Assembly: GCF_036321535.1 (NCBI RefSeq)
Contig: NC_087436.1
Coordinates: 39,372,001-39,436,000 of the forward strand
Source of the DNA: Camelus dromedarius
Taxonomy: Eukaryota
Direction of reading: 5' to 3'
DNA: 64,000 nt
Positions 24,631-37,385 of the stretch are shown here, one piece after another. Position 1 is the stretch's first letter, and each line of letters opens with the position of its first letter. Below the pieces are notes generated by a model, which made no database searches, was not told where the DNA came from, and saw nothing but the letters and a program-made list of their open reading frames with translations. Both the position numbers and the translations under genes were made by a program.

Positions 24631-25180
24631 AAAACACGTAACTACCTCAGCAGGCAAATGGATTAATTACCATGCAGGAAAACAGGAAACACCCTGGAAC
24701 AAAATCATATTAATTAAGAATGATTTTAACAGCTGAAAATATTTTATGCCTTCTGTTATTCTGAAATGAAAACAATTTAGCCAATTCTCCACTTTTAAAG
24801 TAAATAATAAAACCATAACTACCTCAGCAGGCAAATGGATTAATAACCTTGCAGGAAAACAGAAAACACCTTGGAACAAAATCATGTTAATTAAGAATGA
24901 TTTTCACAGCTGAAAGTATTTTGGCCTTAAGTTATTTTTGAAATTAAAGCAATTAATTTAGCCAATTCTCTATTTTTAACGTAAATAATAAAACTGTAAC
25001 TACCTCAGCAGGTAAATGGATTAATTACCTTGCAGGAAAAATAGAAAACACCTTGGAACAAAGTCATGTTAATGAAGAATGATTTTAACAGCTGAAAGTG
25101 TTTTATGCTTTCAGTTATTTTGAAATTAAAAAAGTTAACTTTAGCCAATCCACTACTGTTAAAGTAAATAATAAAACACA
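24631..25180. repeat. Tandem triplication of a ~180-bp unit in intron 1
   Basis: Unit starts (AACTACCTCAGCAGG) at 24640, 24817 and 24998; periods 177 and 181 nt; copies align end to end. Confidence 0.95.
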
Positions 25181-26849
25181 ATATAGCAGTAGTAGCAATA
25201 ACAAACAAACAAAAAAAAAGCAGCTAACATATAATGTTTACAGTGTGGCAGGTACTATGTTAAACACTTTGCATCCATCAGCTTACCTGCTGTACTTTAT
25301 CCCATGCTGTAACAAATACTACTATTCAGTTTTATTCAAGCCAAGTTTTTATATAACGGTTACTGACACATAATAAACTTTATAAATACCTGAAAAATGG
25401 TCATGCAAATTCTGGTTGGCAGTTCATGAAATTTTGCAAAATACAACCAATGTAAACAAATCACTAGTTGGGATAAGCTTGGCTACACAGAGTGGGATCA
25501 ATTCATGGAAACCATTGAAAGCCAAACCAAGTGTTGAATGCAATTTGTAGGCCATGAGGAACCACTTAATATTTTTAAGTACAAGAAGGGCATAAGGAAA
25601 TCTGCATTAAATAGTCCCTTTAGCTCAAGAAAGGGGAGAAGCATACTAAAATATTACAGCTGGAAGTCCCCAGCCTTGATCTTAAAATATTATCACTGCC
25701 TCTTTAGACCACCCACTTCATGACTCCTCTCAGGCTTCTCCAGTGGTAAGTCTCTTCCAATATATCAACTGTTTGAAATTTTAACTCTTCCAAAAAATTT
25801 TCCTGACCCCTATTCTCTTTAATTAGAAGACACCATCTACTTCCCACTGGTGAAATGCTTTCTAACCTTCTTCCCATGACTGACTCCACTCCCTTCAAAA
25901 AGTAGATAATAGACTTTCCATTGTGGTAGCACTAAATACATTATTTGAATAATCACGACAATTGGTATCATCTGAAAGCATATATGATTTTTTGAAACAA
26001 GGCCACAAGTTAAATAAAAAGCAGGTGTAAATTGTTGGTGGTAGCAACACTTGCCACAATCATGGTCTGGGCCTATATACAGCATCTAGCATCTTCATCC
26101 AACAGTCAAAAGCACATCAATCAAATCATACACATTGGATTATGCTCTACTCTGATAGTTCATCAATCAACAAAAATTTACTAAAAGCTTACTTCGGGCA
26201 AGAAACGAGGTTAAGGCAGAAGATTAACCCAACGGGAATTAAATGCAAAGACTTAGCACGCAAACTGTTTATATCCTGTGTAACAGTAAGTAATATACAG
26301 CCGTGAACTCAATAGTAAAAGGACAATGGAAGCTCAGAGGAAGAAGAGACTAAACCAGGGAGATGAGGATAGGTTTCATCATGAAGTTCTCAACTGAGCT
26401 GTGCCATAGAGGACAGAGGGAAATCAGAAAAGACAATTGTAAAAAATCACAAAGTATATATTGCACAAATCATGTTCTGGAGAGTAATAAACCAGTCTGT
26501 CTTGCTCATACAGAGAAAAGTAGGTGAAAGAAAGGCTGAAATTAGCTGGTAAAATGGAAATCTGTCATTAATTATAGCAGACATCCTTACTTTTAGACAT
26601 TACTCCAGAGAAAATATTGTAGACCTATTTCACAATGAAGCCACAATCTCAAGAATTAGGTGCTGACTATGAGGAAAGACAAGACACAAAACGACCATTT
26701 AGATAGTGAAAAGAAATTTAGGGGAGAGCAAGTCACTTTTACTTGTGTGAACTGCGGTAATTCACTCACAAAGGCCAAAGTTTTGTATCCCCCACCACTG
26801 AGCACCGTGCCAGACACTTGGTGGGCATTCCATTAAGGTTGCTGAAGAC

Positions 26850-27600
26850 CAATCGTGGCGTTCGGTTTAGCACCACCACAATGACCTCGCCGCAAAATGG
26901 AAAACATCTGCGGCACCGCGGAAGTTGAGAATAAGAGACTAGGTAGGCCCAGGGATTAAGGTCGCGGCACCAGAAAGGACTGCAGGTAAGGAGGAAACAA
27001 AAGGCCAGGGGAGGTAAGAGGACGCCACGCACGCGGATTCACGATCCCTCCCTGGGCCGCGGACCTGCTGCGCGAGGAGCTGTCGCCGTAACTTCTGCCG
27101 CTCCCGGATCTCCTGCAAGCGGCTGTCCATGTCCCAACTCCTGTCTTCCACTACCCGGAAAACTTGGCAATTAGCGCACGAACCCCTACCCACTTATTTT
27201 TCCGAGTCTCTGGAACACAAGACCCTCCAGAAGCTTCAAATGCCGGGTACCCTATGTCCTTTCCTCAATAAATATTTCCGGCGCGGCCGGATTTGGCCCG
27301 ACCGGCCCGGAAGTCCCGCCTCCTTCTGGACGCCCGCGATTGACGCCACCTGGAAGGGGCCCAATGAGGGTCCAGCGACTCTGGCGTGGGCGGGGTCTTG
27401 GAAGGCGTGGGCGGTGCCCAGCCTGGGCTGTCACAGCCGTTGCGGACGAGTCTCTGGTCTTCTCTTTTATCGTTTCTTTCCGGAGACACCAGCTCCCTTG
27501 GCGTATCAGTACTGTTTCCAAGTTATGGGTCGTTTGGTTGATTTCCTGTTCCATTAATTCCCCAGTTGCCAGTCCTGGCGTTTTAAAAATCGCCAGGTAC
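26850..27600. promoter_or_regulatory. CpG-island promoter of METTL14, probably bidirectional
   Basis: Only CpG-dense region in the window. Divergent ETS/GABPA sites (CCGGAAAT on - at 27274-27281, CCGGAAGT on + at 27307-27314), CCAAT at 27361, GC box TGGGCGGGG at 27387; no TATA seen. Confidence 0.85.
27065..27130 (-). CDS. METTL14: METTL14 coding exon 1 (MDSRLQEIRERQKLRRQLLAQQ), 66 nt
   Basis: ATG at 27130 in strong context (gacATGG). Translation matches the recalled METTL14 N-terminus. Donor CAG|GTCCGC. Confidence 0.97.
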
Positions 27601-27614
27601 CAGTTTTCTGCTGA

Positions 27615-27815
27615 AAGCACAAACCCTGACTACTTGAACCCTGGACTCTCATTTACTAGCTAAGCAGTCTTGGCTGGTTAATCACCTCCGTAAGCCTCGG
27701 TTTTCTCATTGGTAAAACGAGAGTTAATAAGAGTGCCTGCCTCACAGAATTGTGAAAACTGAAAGAATAAACAGAGCCAAACACACACCGCCATGGAGGT
27801 GTTTATTATTACTCA
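27615..27815 (+). mobile_element. MIR SINE
   Basis: MIR core-like text AAGCCTCGGTTTTCTCATTGGTAAAACGAGAGTTAATAAGAGTGCCTGCCTCACAG. Confidence 0.7.
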
Positions 27816-28799
27816 AATCTTTTATTACTTATTTTACCCTTCAGGCAGGGAACAACTGCATCTGCCACTGCTCTTCTCCAGAACTCATTAGCCCTTAAAA
27901 ATGTTCCTGCTTTACTATAATGCGTTTTATGGATTCTTTTCCTTAGAGACATGAGTGGGTCGTAGTAAAATGTGTCTTGGTTCATGTAGAGGTTAGAGGC
28001 AAGGGGACCTCTTTTTGTGCTGATATATCTGTCTTAGCTGGAAATAAACCCTGGGATAGGAAAACAGCCTACTGAAATTCCCTGACTGGGGCAGGGAGCA
28101 AGGAAGAGGCGTGATGGTGATGATTCACCTCTCTTCGTTAGAAAGCAGCAAAGACCAAAGTCTTATATACCACGTTCATCATCTTATTCCAAATTCAAAG
28201 TGGCAGAAGCAGATTGAGACATGTTGCCTCAAGTTGAATCGGGAAATTGTGGCAAGTACCTACGAACATTAGTAACAAATCTTCATTCTTTGAGAGAGGA
28301 TTTATTTTTTGAAAATAGAATTAAATCCTCCAGATCAAAACAGGCAATCAGTCTAGGCCAAAAGTGGGCAGGACTAGACTTTACTAATTGTCATGTATTT
28401 CTCAAGAACTAGCTCTGAAAGGCAATTTTAAAAGAGGAGTCCTAAAAATCCCTTGTGTAATGGGAGCACTACTTGAAAAAGTATGTTAACTTCCAAGGGC
28501 CTATATTGTAAAAGACTGTACTAGTTTGTACATATAAATTGAAGTGTGTTTCTTTAAAAATCGGTTGCATCACCTGCTAGTGATGTAAGCTGAGTATTAA
28601 TTTGAACTATTTATCAGTGATGTGAATAGGTATTTTGCTCACTCAAATATTTATTGATATTTACTAAGATTTTATATGGCAGTCACTGTGATGGACCAAA
28701 GGTTTATCAAGTCTATCAAAGACCAAAACCAAATCAGTCAGTTTTTCTTTAGGGAGTTTACTGTCTAAAGGAGGGAATTTTTTTTTCTAGCTAAGTGCA

Positions 28800-29342
28800 G
28801 TGCAGGTTATTTTCCTGTGGTATTTGAGCCCTATACTCACCTAAAGTCTGCTCTGTGATAATGGTTGAGCTGGGAGTTTGCAAACTACATTTCCCAGCTT
28901 TCCTTGTCAGATGCCTTCTTGTGAGGTTCTACCGAGAACTCCGCACAGGCATAAAATCAGAAGGTGGAATGTGGGAAAGGTATTGTTCCTTATTTCTCGT
29001 ACTCTCTGCTTCTGGTATCCAGGGGGAATGGCTGTGCCCTTTACAAAGTCTCAGAGCCAGTTGCAGCAGCCCTTTCTTAATGGTTCTGCTTTCCCTTTCC
29101 CTTTCCCTGCATATTTATGCAGCATCCACAGAAGTGAGTTTGCCTTGGGCTTTGATAATACCACCTCCACCTTCTACCAGCTCCAGGACTGGTAGCCACT
29201 TTCTGCAATTAGGAATTTCTGATTTAATCTCACCTTCTCCTTTTTGCTCTTCTAGCCTTCAACATTTCTTCATAGCAAATGCTGTCTCTTTAGCCTTCTT
29301 TACATGATTTCTGTTTCCCTGCCTGGAACCTGTACTGATAAA
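28800..29342 (+). mobile_element. ERVL-class LTR (LTR33/LTR16-like)
   Basis: GCAAACTACATTTCCCAG motif and 3' TTTCTGTTTCCCTG…CTGATA terminus. Confidence 0.6.
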
Positions 29343-30146
29343 GATGCAAATGTATACTTTCTTATACTATTTACAAAGCCATTGGAATCCAGCAGAGGGT
29401 TGTTGCAGTTTTCACAGAGAAAGGAATATAACTCCGAAATCTGTCTCCCAACCAATGAATTTTAAAACACTACACCACATCAGCACACTTGTAGAACATG
29501 CCTATCATGACATTCATTCATCATGGCAACACGAGGGCCACTAGGGAGTGTATGTAGTAGGGAGAGGGGAGAGAAGAAATTTGGAAACTCTTTGAAAAAG
29601 CAGTTTCAGTTCTAGGCACTTATTTTAAGGAAGTGATAAGAGATCCACATAAAAATTAATGCAGCTCCTCTTAAGGTCCTTGAGAATGTCTCTTCCAAAC
29701 CTATGTATCCAACTGCCTACTGTACATCTTATTAAAATGTCCTCACAATTTCAAGGTTAACATGGATATAACCTCAACTCATTAATCACCCACATCCTAT
29801 CAAAGACAAATTTAATTCCACTCCTTCGGGGTTTTCTATTTCAGAAAATAAGATCAATATCCACCCATTTTCCTAAAGAAGAAGCACTCTGCCTCTCCTT
29901 CAGCTTCCTTATCTGCTCTGTGACTGTAGTTCTGCCTTTGACCTCAACCTTCACACACACACACACACACACACCATTCTTCATTTCTGCAAACACAACC
30001 TATGGATGATACATATCCTGATTCACATAGTAAGTGCCCTACCAGCTTCTGGTCTATCAAATTCTTCATAGAAATTTGTGGAAAATTGTGATTTTATCAC
30101 TTCCAAATCTGCTCAAAAGTTTTACATGTTTCCTCAATGTCTGGGG

Positions 30147-30346
30147 TAGTGCTGTCCAATAGAACCTTCTAGAATAACAGAAATGTGCTCTCTGCACTAA
30201 CCAGTACAGTAGCGACTAGCCATATGCACCCACTGAGCACTTGAAATGTGGCTTGGGTACCCAAGGAACTGAATTTTTATTTGGTTTTAATTAGTTAAAT
30301 TTAAGTGGCTGTATTTGGTCAGCAGCTACCATGTTAGATGACCCAG
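30147..30346. mobile_element. MER3 hAT-Charlie MITE
   Basis: GTGCTGTCCAATAGAAC…CACTTGAAATGTGGCT…GGAACTGAATTTTTATT. Confidence 0.8.
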
Positions 30347-32576
30347 GTCTAAAAATCTAAACCACTCAACATTGTATGCTGAGCAGTCCTCTGCCACCCT
30401 GCCCAGCCTCATTCTCTTCTCCTTTTTGCACCCAATTTTACAGGCAGATTAAAGTTTTGGTCTCCTTTGGTCTCCCAAACATACTTTCTTTCCTGTACTT
30501 TTTATGAATTTATACTAAAGCAAGAGGAAATTCTCCTAAATACAGAGAGAGGCTCTAAAATGACTTTAAAAATTACAACATTTGGTAAGCAGAACTTTTC
30601 AAGAAAGAACTAAAGAACTACAAATGAATGCTAGAATCTGTTGAAAACTTGCTTTCTCTCAGTGCCTTGTAAAGAACACTCAGCAGATGGTTATTGATAA
30701 ACTCGTTGATTGAAGCTAAGTCTCTCTAACTTTTCTGAGCTTTGTTGGAGAGATTGGCTGTAAGTAGCTGTGTTGGAGAGGGACAGGAGACAGCCAGTTA
30801 GCATTCTACATCTTCTACATTATCCTTGAAAATTCACTTATAGCCGTTAGGTGCAGAAGGTTTCCTAGGATGTGCATTTTATTGTGTTCAACAGGACAAC
30901 TGTTAAAACCTAGTCCAGCTGTGACACAAGAGAATATTTAACAAGCCTCATGTGTCAAATAAATAGACTACATAAGAAACAGGCATTAAGATGGCTTTTC
31001 TTATCACATATTAGTAGATTTTTTTAAAGAGTACTGTGATTAAAGCATTGGTTTCCTGTAATATAAAATAAGAAGAAAATTTCACAGGCTGTATGTCAGT
31101 ATTAAATGAAAATATGTGGAGAATTGAATAAGTATGATCTACCTGGGGAATTTGCATAAAATATCCTTACTGTCTTTTCAAAATGACCAAATTGGGAGGA
31201 ACATGAGAAAAGGCAAGGGAAAAAATAGAATAAAATAATGCAGGGCTAGTTTAAGTAATGTTAATACATTTAATTGAATAGATAAAGAAAAATATTTAAA
31301 TGTTGGTGATGTAACGTTAGTTTGCTGTATTATTTGAGAAAACCTGTTCTGCTAGAGAGCACAAAACAGGATGGATGAATCCCATAGGTTGTGTTAAGTA
31401 CAGATAACAGAGTGCAGAGTAAGCAAGTAGCTTGTGGGACACAGGCAGAATTTATAAGATATGCTAAGTATAGTTACTAAGTAACTCTGTAACCTGAAAG
31501 CTATAAAGCTAGACAGACTCAACGAAATATATGATGGAACAAACAAGAGTGTTATTTACAGATGGAAGGGGATAGAAAGATCAAATCACGATCATTCTAC
31601 CCCTGGACTGACAACCCTGTCACCATTTCATCAGGCATCCTTGGTCATATTCTGGACTCAAATACGGTCTACCTAAGAATTGCTGATAGTATTTATAGCT
31701 GTCGGCAGGAATTGGCAAGCTACAGCAATGACCAGGCATATTTGTCACTGCTTCTCTTTACAGAGCAACTATGTATCATTGGCCCCCAGGTACCTTCTGT
31801 CTGTTGACCTTGCTCAATGTCAGTCTGTACCCCAGTTATTAATGGCGAAGGCTGATGTAGCAGAGAATGAGAAGGAAGGAGAGAGAGAGAAAACATGAAG
31901 ATTGCATAATTTGGGATTTGTGTAGTATGGTGTTTCCTGTTAGCACCCTATCCTAAGTGTGTAATGTATCCTTTTTCCTCTTGCTTTAAAGGGATATGTG
32001 ATTTGAGAATCTCCTTTTGATCTATGAGCCTGTCTGTCCCATGACTTCTGGGATAGCTTGGCTTGTAGTGTACTTGGAGGCCACCATTGCACCAAGGTAA
32101 TAACCCATGACAACTTCTTCTAGAGAAACTTAAAAAAATAAGAACACAGGACTGTATAGTGTAAGCTGAAGTAATATGAGGAGGGTAAAGAAAGATTGTC
32201 ACAAATTTGTAAGTTTTTCTTTAATGTTTATTATATTTTAAAGCATTTAAACTATCAAGAAGAGAGAAGAGTAAGAGGCTTTAAAAATACTTCTAGATAA
32301 CTAGCAGAAAATGCATGTATAGTTCTACTTTACATGAATGTTTTTATTACTGCTATACAATTTCTGAAACATTCCCTGTAAATTAATTCCTATTTTAAAA
32401 ACACTAAGAATTCAACTACTTTAAAGATCTATGAGATAAAAGATTTAGTTAAATGAAATATCCCTTTGGAATGAAAGTAATTTCCCCCTAATTTCTCTTT
32501 TATAATTTATTTTCTTTAACACGTCACTGTATTGCTATGTATTACAGAAAATGTTGATTTAGAAACTTGTCAAGGT

Positions 32577-33462
32577 CATACAAATGGCCAACAGACACAT
32601 GGAAAAATGCTCAATATCACTAATTATCAGAGAAATGCAAATCAAAACTATAATTTGTTATCACCTCACACCATTCAGAATGGCCATTATTAAAAAGTCC
32701 ACAAATGATAAATGCTGGAGAGGCTGTGGAGGAAAGGAAACACTCTGACACTGTTAGTGGGAATGTAGTTTGGTGCAGCCATTATGGAAAACAGTATGGA
32801 GATTCCTTAAAAAACTAAAAATACGCTTACCATATGATCCAACAATCCCACTTCTGGGTATATATCTGGAGGGAACTCTAATTTGAAAAGATACATGCAC
32901 CCCATTGTTCATAGCAGCACTATATACAATAGCCAAGACATGGAAACAACCTAAATGTCCATTGGCAGATGACTGGATAAAGAAGCTATGGTATGTTTAT
33001 ACAATGGAATACTACTCAGCCATTAAAAAAATTCAATTTGCAGGAACATGGATGGATCTGGAGATCATCACTCTAAGTGAAGTAAGCCAGAAAGAGAAAG
33101 AAAAATTCCTCATGATATCATGCCTGTGTGGAATCTAAAAAAAAGAAGAAAAGAAAAAAGATGGTAATGAACTTATCTACAAAACAGACACAAACTCAGA
33201 CACAGTAAACAAAGTTATGGTTACCAGGGGGAAAGTGGGTGGGAAGGGATAAATTGGGAATTCAAGATGTGCAAATATTAACTACTATATATAAAATAGA
33301 TTAAAAAACCAAATTTCTTCTGTATAGCACAGGGAACTATATTCAATATCTTGTAACCTATAATGAAAAAGACTATGAAAATTATATGTATGACTGAAAC
33401 ATTATGCTGTTCATCAGAAATTGACACATTGTAACTGACTATACTTGAATTAAAAAAAAAAA
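32577..33462 (+). mobile_element. 5'-truncated L1 (ORF2 C-terminus + 3'UTR + poly-A)
   Basis: [19 protein letters not shown] motif; TSD AACTTGTCA at 32564 and 33464. Confidence 0.9.
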
Positions 33463-36164
33463 CAACTTGTCAGGTAAGTGAAATGCCTATAACAGCATGT
33501 AGGGTTTTCTCTAAGAAAACCACCATACTTACATAAGAAGTGAAATTGTTTATGAGGCAAATACTTCCTGGAGCTTACTCTGTGGTTTTATTAAAAGAGT
33601 AGGAAGTTTTGTGGTGTTCCTCATTGAAACTAATAGCCTCAATATTTTATACTGTTTTTTAATTTGTTTGTTTTTATAGCTTAATTCTTACTTTGAAGTT
33701 GAGTATTCTCTCCCTCCAAAATTTGAAATGTTAAAAACAACTAGAAGAAAGTGCATTCTGTGATGAATCAAAATAAAACCTATATTCAAAGGGAGATTGA
33801 TAATATAATAGCATTAAGTGCTGCTTATTTTTTAATGATCTGTTTGGGATTTTAAATATTTATATCATTTTGTAACATATACACAAAACCAGTAGAAACA
33901 AAGTACTATTATAAAGAAATCCACTATTCTAGATATTTGGACCGTAAAAATACTAAAAATTATTTTTGTAACTTTATACCAAACTACCATAATGATGGAT
34001 TTAGTTGTATACATTCTTTAAAACATGTGACATATTATTGTACCCAATGCAAATATTGCAATGTTTAGAATATTTAGAATTAAATTTCTAAATTCCAAAA
34101 AATTAAGTTTCAAATGAATATGAAAAGACAATCCTTGTATATATGCTCAAAAATAAAGATATTGAAACCAAATCATAGTTAACATGGTAAATCTGTTTCA
34201 GATTATAAATCAGTGCATCCAAGAGAAATCATTGGAGTTGCCTTACTTTCTCCATTCCTGGTATTCTCCGGGCATTTGTGTCAAATAACTTAGGAATGTG
34301 CAGAATTAGTATTCACTGGCTACTCACTGGTTGTTCAGAATTTCCTCTGATTTGAATCATCTCTGCATTTTTTTCCTCCCATCCATTTTTAGGTCAGATG
34401 TACAATAAATCAAAGCATGTTGATCCTAGTGAAATTTAACAGAGAAAAACAGCTTTGGCTACAGAAACTTGAAAAGCTTTACCGAAGGGGAAAAAATTGG
34501 ACATTTTCTCATCCTGGAGAGAAACTAGATTCTAACTTAAATTTCCAACTGTAATAGTTTTGCTATTTCTCTAAAGGCTGAACCTTGCATATAGTAAGAC
34601 TTACCTTAAGCCAAAATACATAGTTTCATATTTGTAGCACAGTAATACTGCTATGTAAGTTAACTAATTCAGGAAAACTGGAAATCATATTACAAAGAAG
34701 CAACTCTCACATCTATATCCAAGTCTAGGCTGCTAGTTGCTGAAAACAGATACTATATTCATACTAGGGTCGGGGAACACATGATTCTGTATATATGTAT
34801 ATATACACATGCACATATGCATATATAGCAATAGTAAAATTTGGAAAATTTTTGCTGAGTATATAGGAAGAAGACTTTTGTATTTAAAATATTGAATAAG
34901 GACTTGTAGTATACATTCATAAAGCAAATTAATTATTTTCTTCCACTGCCCTTTCTTTGAGGCTGGTTCTCTCCCTGTGGCTGGATACAAACTTAAGCAG
35001 TCTTCATGCTTTTTCTGGTTATTTTTATTTATTAGAAACAGTTATTTGATTGTTTAAGCTCCAGTCTTGGTTTAACAATCAAAATATGAGGTCAAAATTT
35101 AATTCCAGCCTTCAAGTTAAGGAATATCTCCTTACGTGGTCTCCAGGCCACTTGCAGGCCTGAAGCTAACACTTCCGGAGGTAGAGAAAGGAGGACACAG
35201 TCTGCTGCTTCTCTCTTTCCATTGGGGATGCTCCAGCTCCATCTCCTTCAGGCCTACGGACCCTCCCAAGGCTCAAGTGTGGGGGCTGGGGGGATTTAAT
35301 GGAAGCCACTTACAGGAAAAGTTCTTACTAAATTGGTACTGTCTTCATGACCTAGCACTGACACATTTTGGACTTGGCAGATATTTAAAACTGACTCTTT
35401 CTGGTGAGCATTTTCATGGGTTCTTCCAAAACCCACTGTGCTCTCCCTGTGGGTTCCCATGACAAGAGCTGATGTGTTTCTGTTCCTGTTGGTCCTTGGC
35501 TTTATTTATTTATGTGGCTTACTTCTTCAGAGGACTATTCACCCCTCTTGGCCATACTTTTGGACATAAACTAAAAAGACCCCACTCTGGCTTTCTTAAG
35601 TGAGTGGCCCACATTTGGTTCATGGAAAATCTCATTGTTTGCCCCAAAAGACTCTGGGAGCAGTGATTTACTGCTGGAACTCAGGAAAACCAGATATCCT
35701 ATTACTAAGTGGTCACTTTACCCCTTTTGTGTCTGCTTTCTGAGCAACTAGCCAGCCATTCCAAATGGGAAGTAAACTCTCCCACGTCTCCCAGAACTTA
35801 AGTTCTCCCAGTGGTCTCCTTAAAGCCTCCTTTCTTGATTTAGGTAAAGGGGGACTAGCCTCTACCTCTCTTCCCTGAGGGGAAGGGTGATATTGCATCA
35901 CAACAACAGTAAACTCTGAAAACTCTCTCCTTCAATCTGTAACTCCTCATCATTTGAGAACTTTGAAGTGGGTTAAGTAATTCAGAGCCTTACAACCAAT
36001 TATCCTCTACTTCTTGTATAAGCCCTACAGGGTGGTTGTCATCTTCACTTGGGAATGTTGTATTTACTCTCTTGAGGTCCTAGCCAAAACTCCCACAGGT
36101 ACTGTTGTACACTTCAATGAGAAATATATAAGTATATATACACACCCTGTAAAATAGTTCAATT

Positions 36165-37385
36165 TTTAAATTAAACTTTTATTTTGAGATAACTGTAGAT
36201 TCTCATGCAGTTGTAAGAAATAATAGAGATTGCATGTACCATTTACCTGTTTCTCCCAGTGGTAACAATTTGCAAAACTGTAATTCAGTATCACAACCAG
36301 GATATTGACATTGATAGAACACTTCTATCTCCACAAGGATCCTTCATGTAGCCCTTTAATAGCCACACCCACTTCCCTCACACTCCCACCTCCTCCCTTA
36401 ACCCTTGGAAACCACTAACCGGTTTTCCATTTCCATTATTTTGTCATTTCAAGAATATTATACAAATGGAATAATACAGTATGTAACCTTTGGGGATAAC
36501 TTTTTTACACTTAGCATGATTCTCTGGAAAATCAGCCAGATTGTTGCCTGTATCAATAGTTTATTCCTTTTTTATTGTTAAGCAGTATTGCATGATATGG
36601 ATATACCGTGATTTGCTTAACCATTTATGTCCAATGACAAGTCTGATGATATGACCAATGAAGGACATATAGTTTTTTTTCCAGTTTTTGCTATTATTAA
36701 TAAAGCTACTGTAAACATTCCTGTGCAGATTTTTGTGAATATAAGTCTTCATTTCTTTGGGATAAATGCCTGGGGTGCAATTACTGTGTCATATGGTAAT
36801 TGCATGTTTAGTTTTTTTTTTTTAAACTGTTTTCCAGAGCATTTGTATCATTTTATACTCCCACCAGGAATGTATAAGTGGTCTGGTTTCTCCACATCCT
36901 TGCTGGCATTTGATAGTGTTATTATTTATTATTTTACCTATTCTGATATTTTATTTACATACACACACATAGTGTGGCTTACATACCAATATGATGAGAA
37001 AAAACACTGCAGACATATTTCTTATTTTGAAGTGAAAAAACTTTCTAATACTAAAACTATCTCATTGTGGTTTTAATTTGCATTTCCCTAATGAGTAATG
37101 ATGTTGAATGTAATTTCATGTTTATTTGCCATCTACATATCTCTTTTTGGTCTCTTCATGTCTCTTTCCCATGTATTAACTGCACTATTTGCTTTTTACT
37201 GTTGAGTTTTGAGAGTTCTTTATATAGTCTAGATATTAGTCCTTTGTTAGTATGTGGTTTTCAAATATTTTATTTCAATTGGTAGCTTGTCTTTTTGTCC
37301 TTTTAGAAGAGTCTTTCACTGAGTGAAAGTTTTAATTTTGATGAAGTCTGAGTTTTATTTTTATGGATCGTACTTTTGGTGTAAA
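36165..37385 (-). mobile_element. L1MC-like 3' fragment
   Basis: TTTTATTTTGAGATAACTGTAGATTCTCATGCAGTTGTAAGAAATAAT start, followed by reverse ORF2 C-terminal text. Confidence 0.8.

Noticed and set aside
24631..25180. Intron 1 triplication as a C/D snoRNA cluster or CRISPR-like array
   Set aside because: A CTGA D-box is present but the C-box candidate (ATGATTT/ATGACTT) lacks the essential GA and there is no terminal stem. Whole units are homologous, so there are no unique spacers, and the DNA is mammalian.
27131..27193. In-frame GTG-initiated 21-aa N-terminal extension of METTL14 (track ORF 26939..27193)
   Set aside because: Near-cognate start in weak context (TAA directly upstream, T at -3), while the ATG at 27130 has a strong context and matches the known N-terminus.
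27129..27663. Overlapping 74-142 aa ORFs in the promoter
   Set aside because: Expected from stop-codon scarcity in a GC-rich island; no recognisable protein similarity.
31562..31807. 81-aa ATG ORF directly after an acceptor-like site
   Set aside because: No recognisable domain and no compatible neighbouring exons; at most a lncRNA exon candidate.
35100..36120. GC-richer block possibly derived from an old ERV internal region
   Set aside because: I could not recognise gag/pol motifs or LTRs; a Dfam search is needed.
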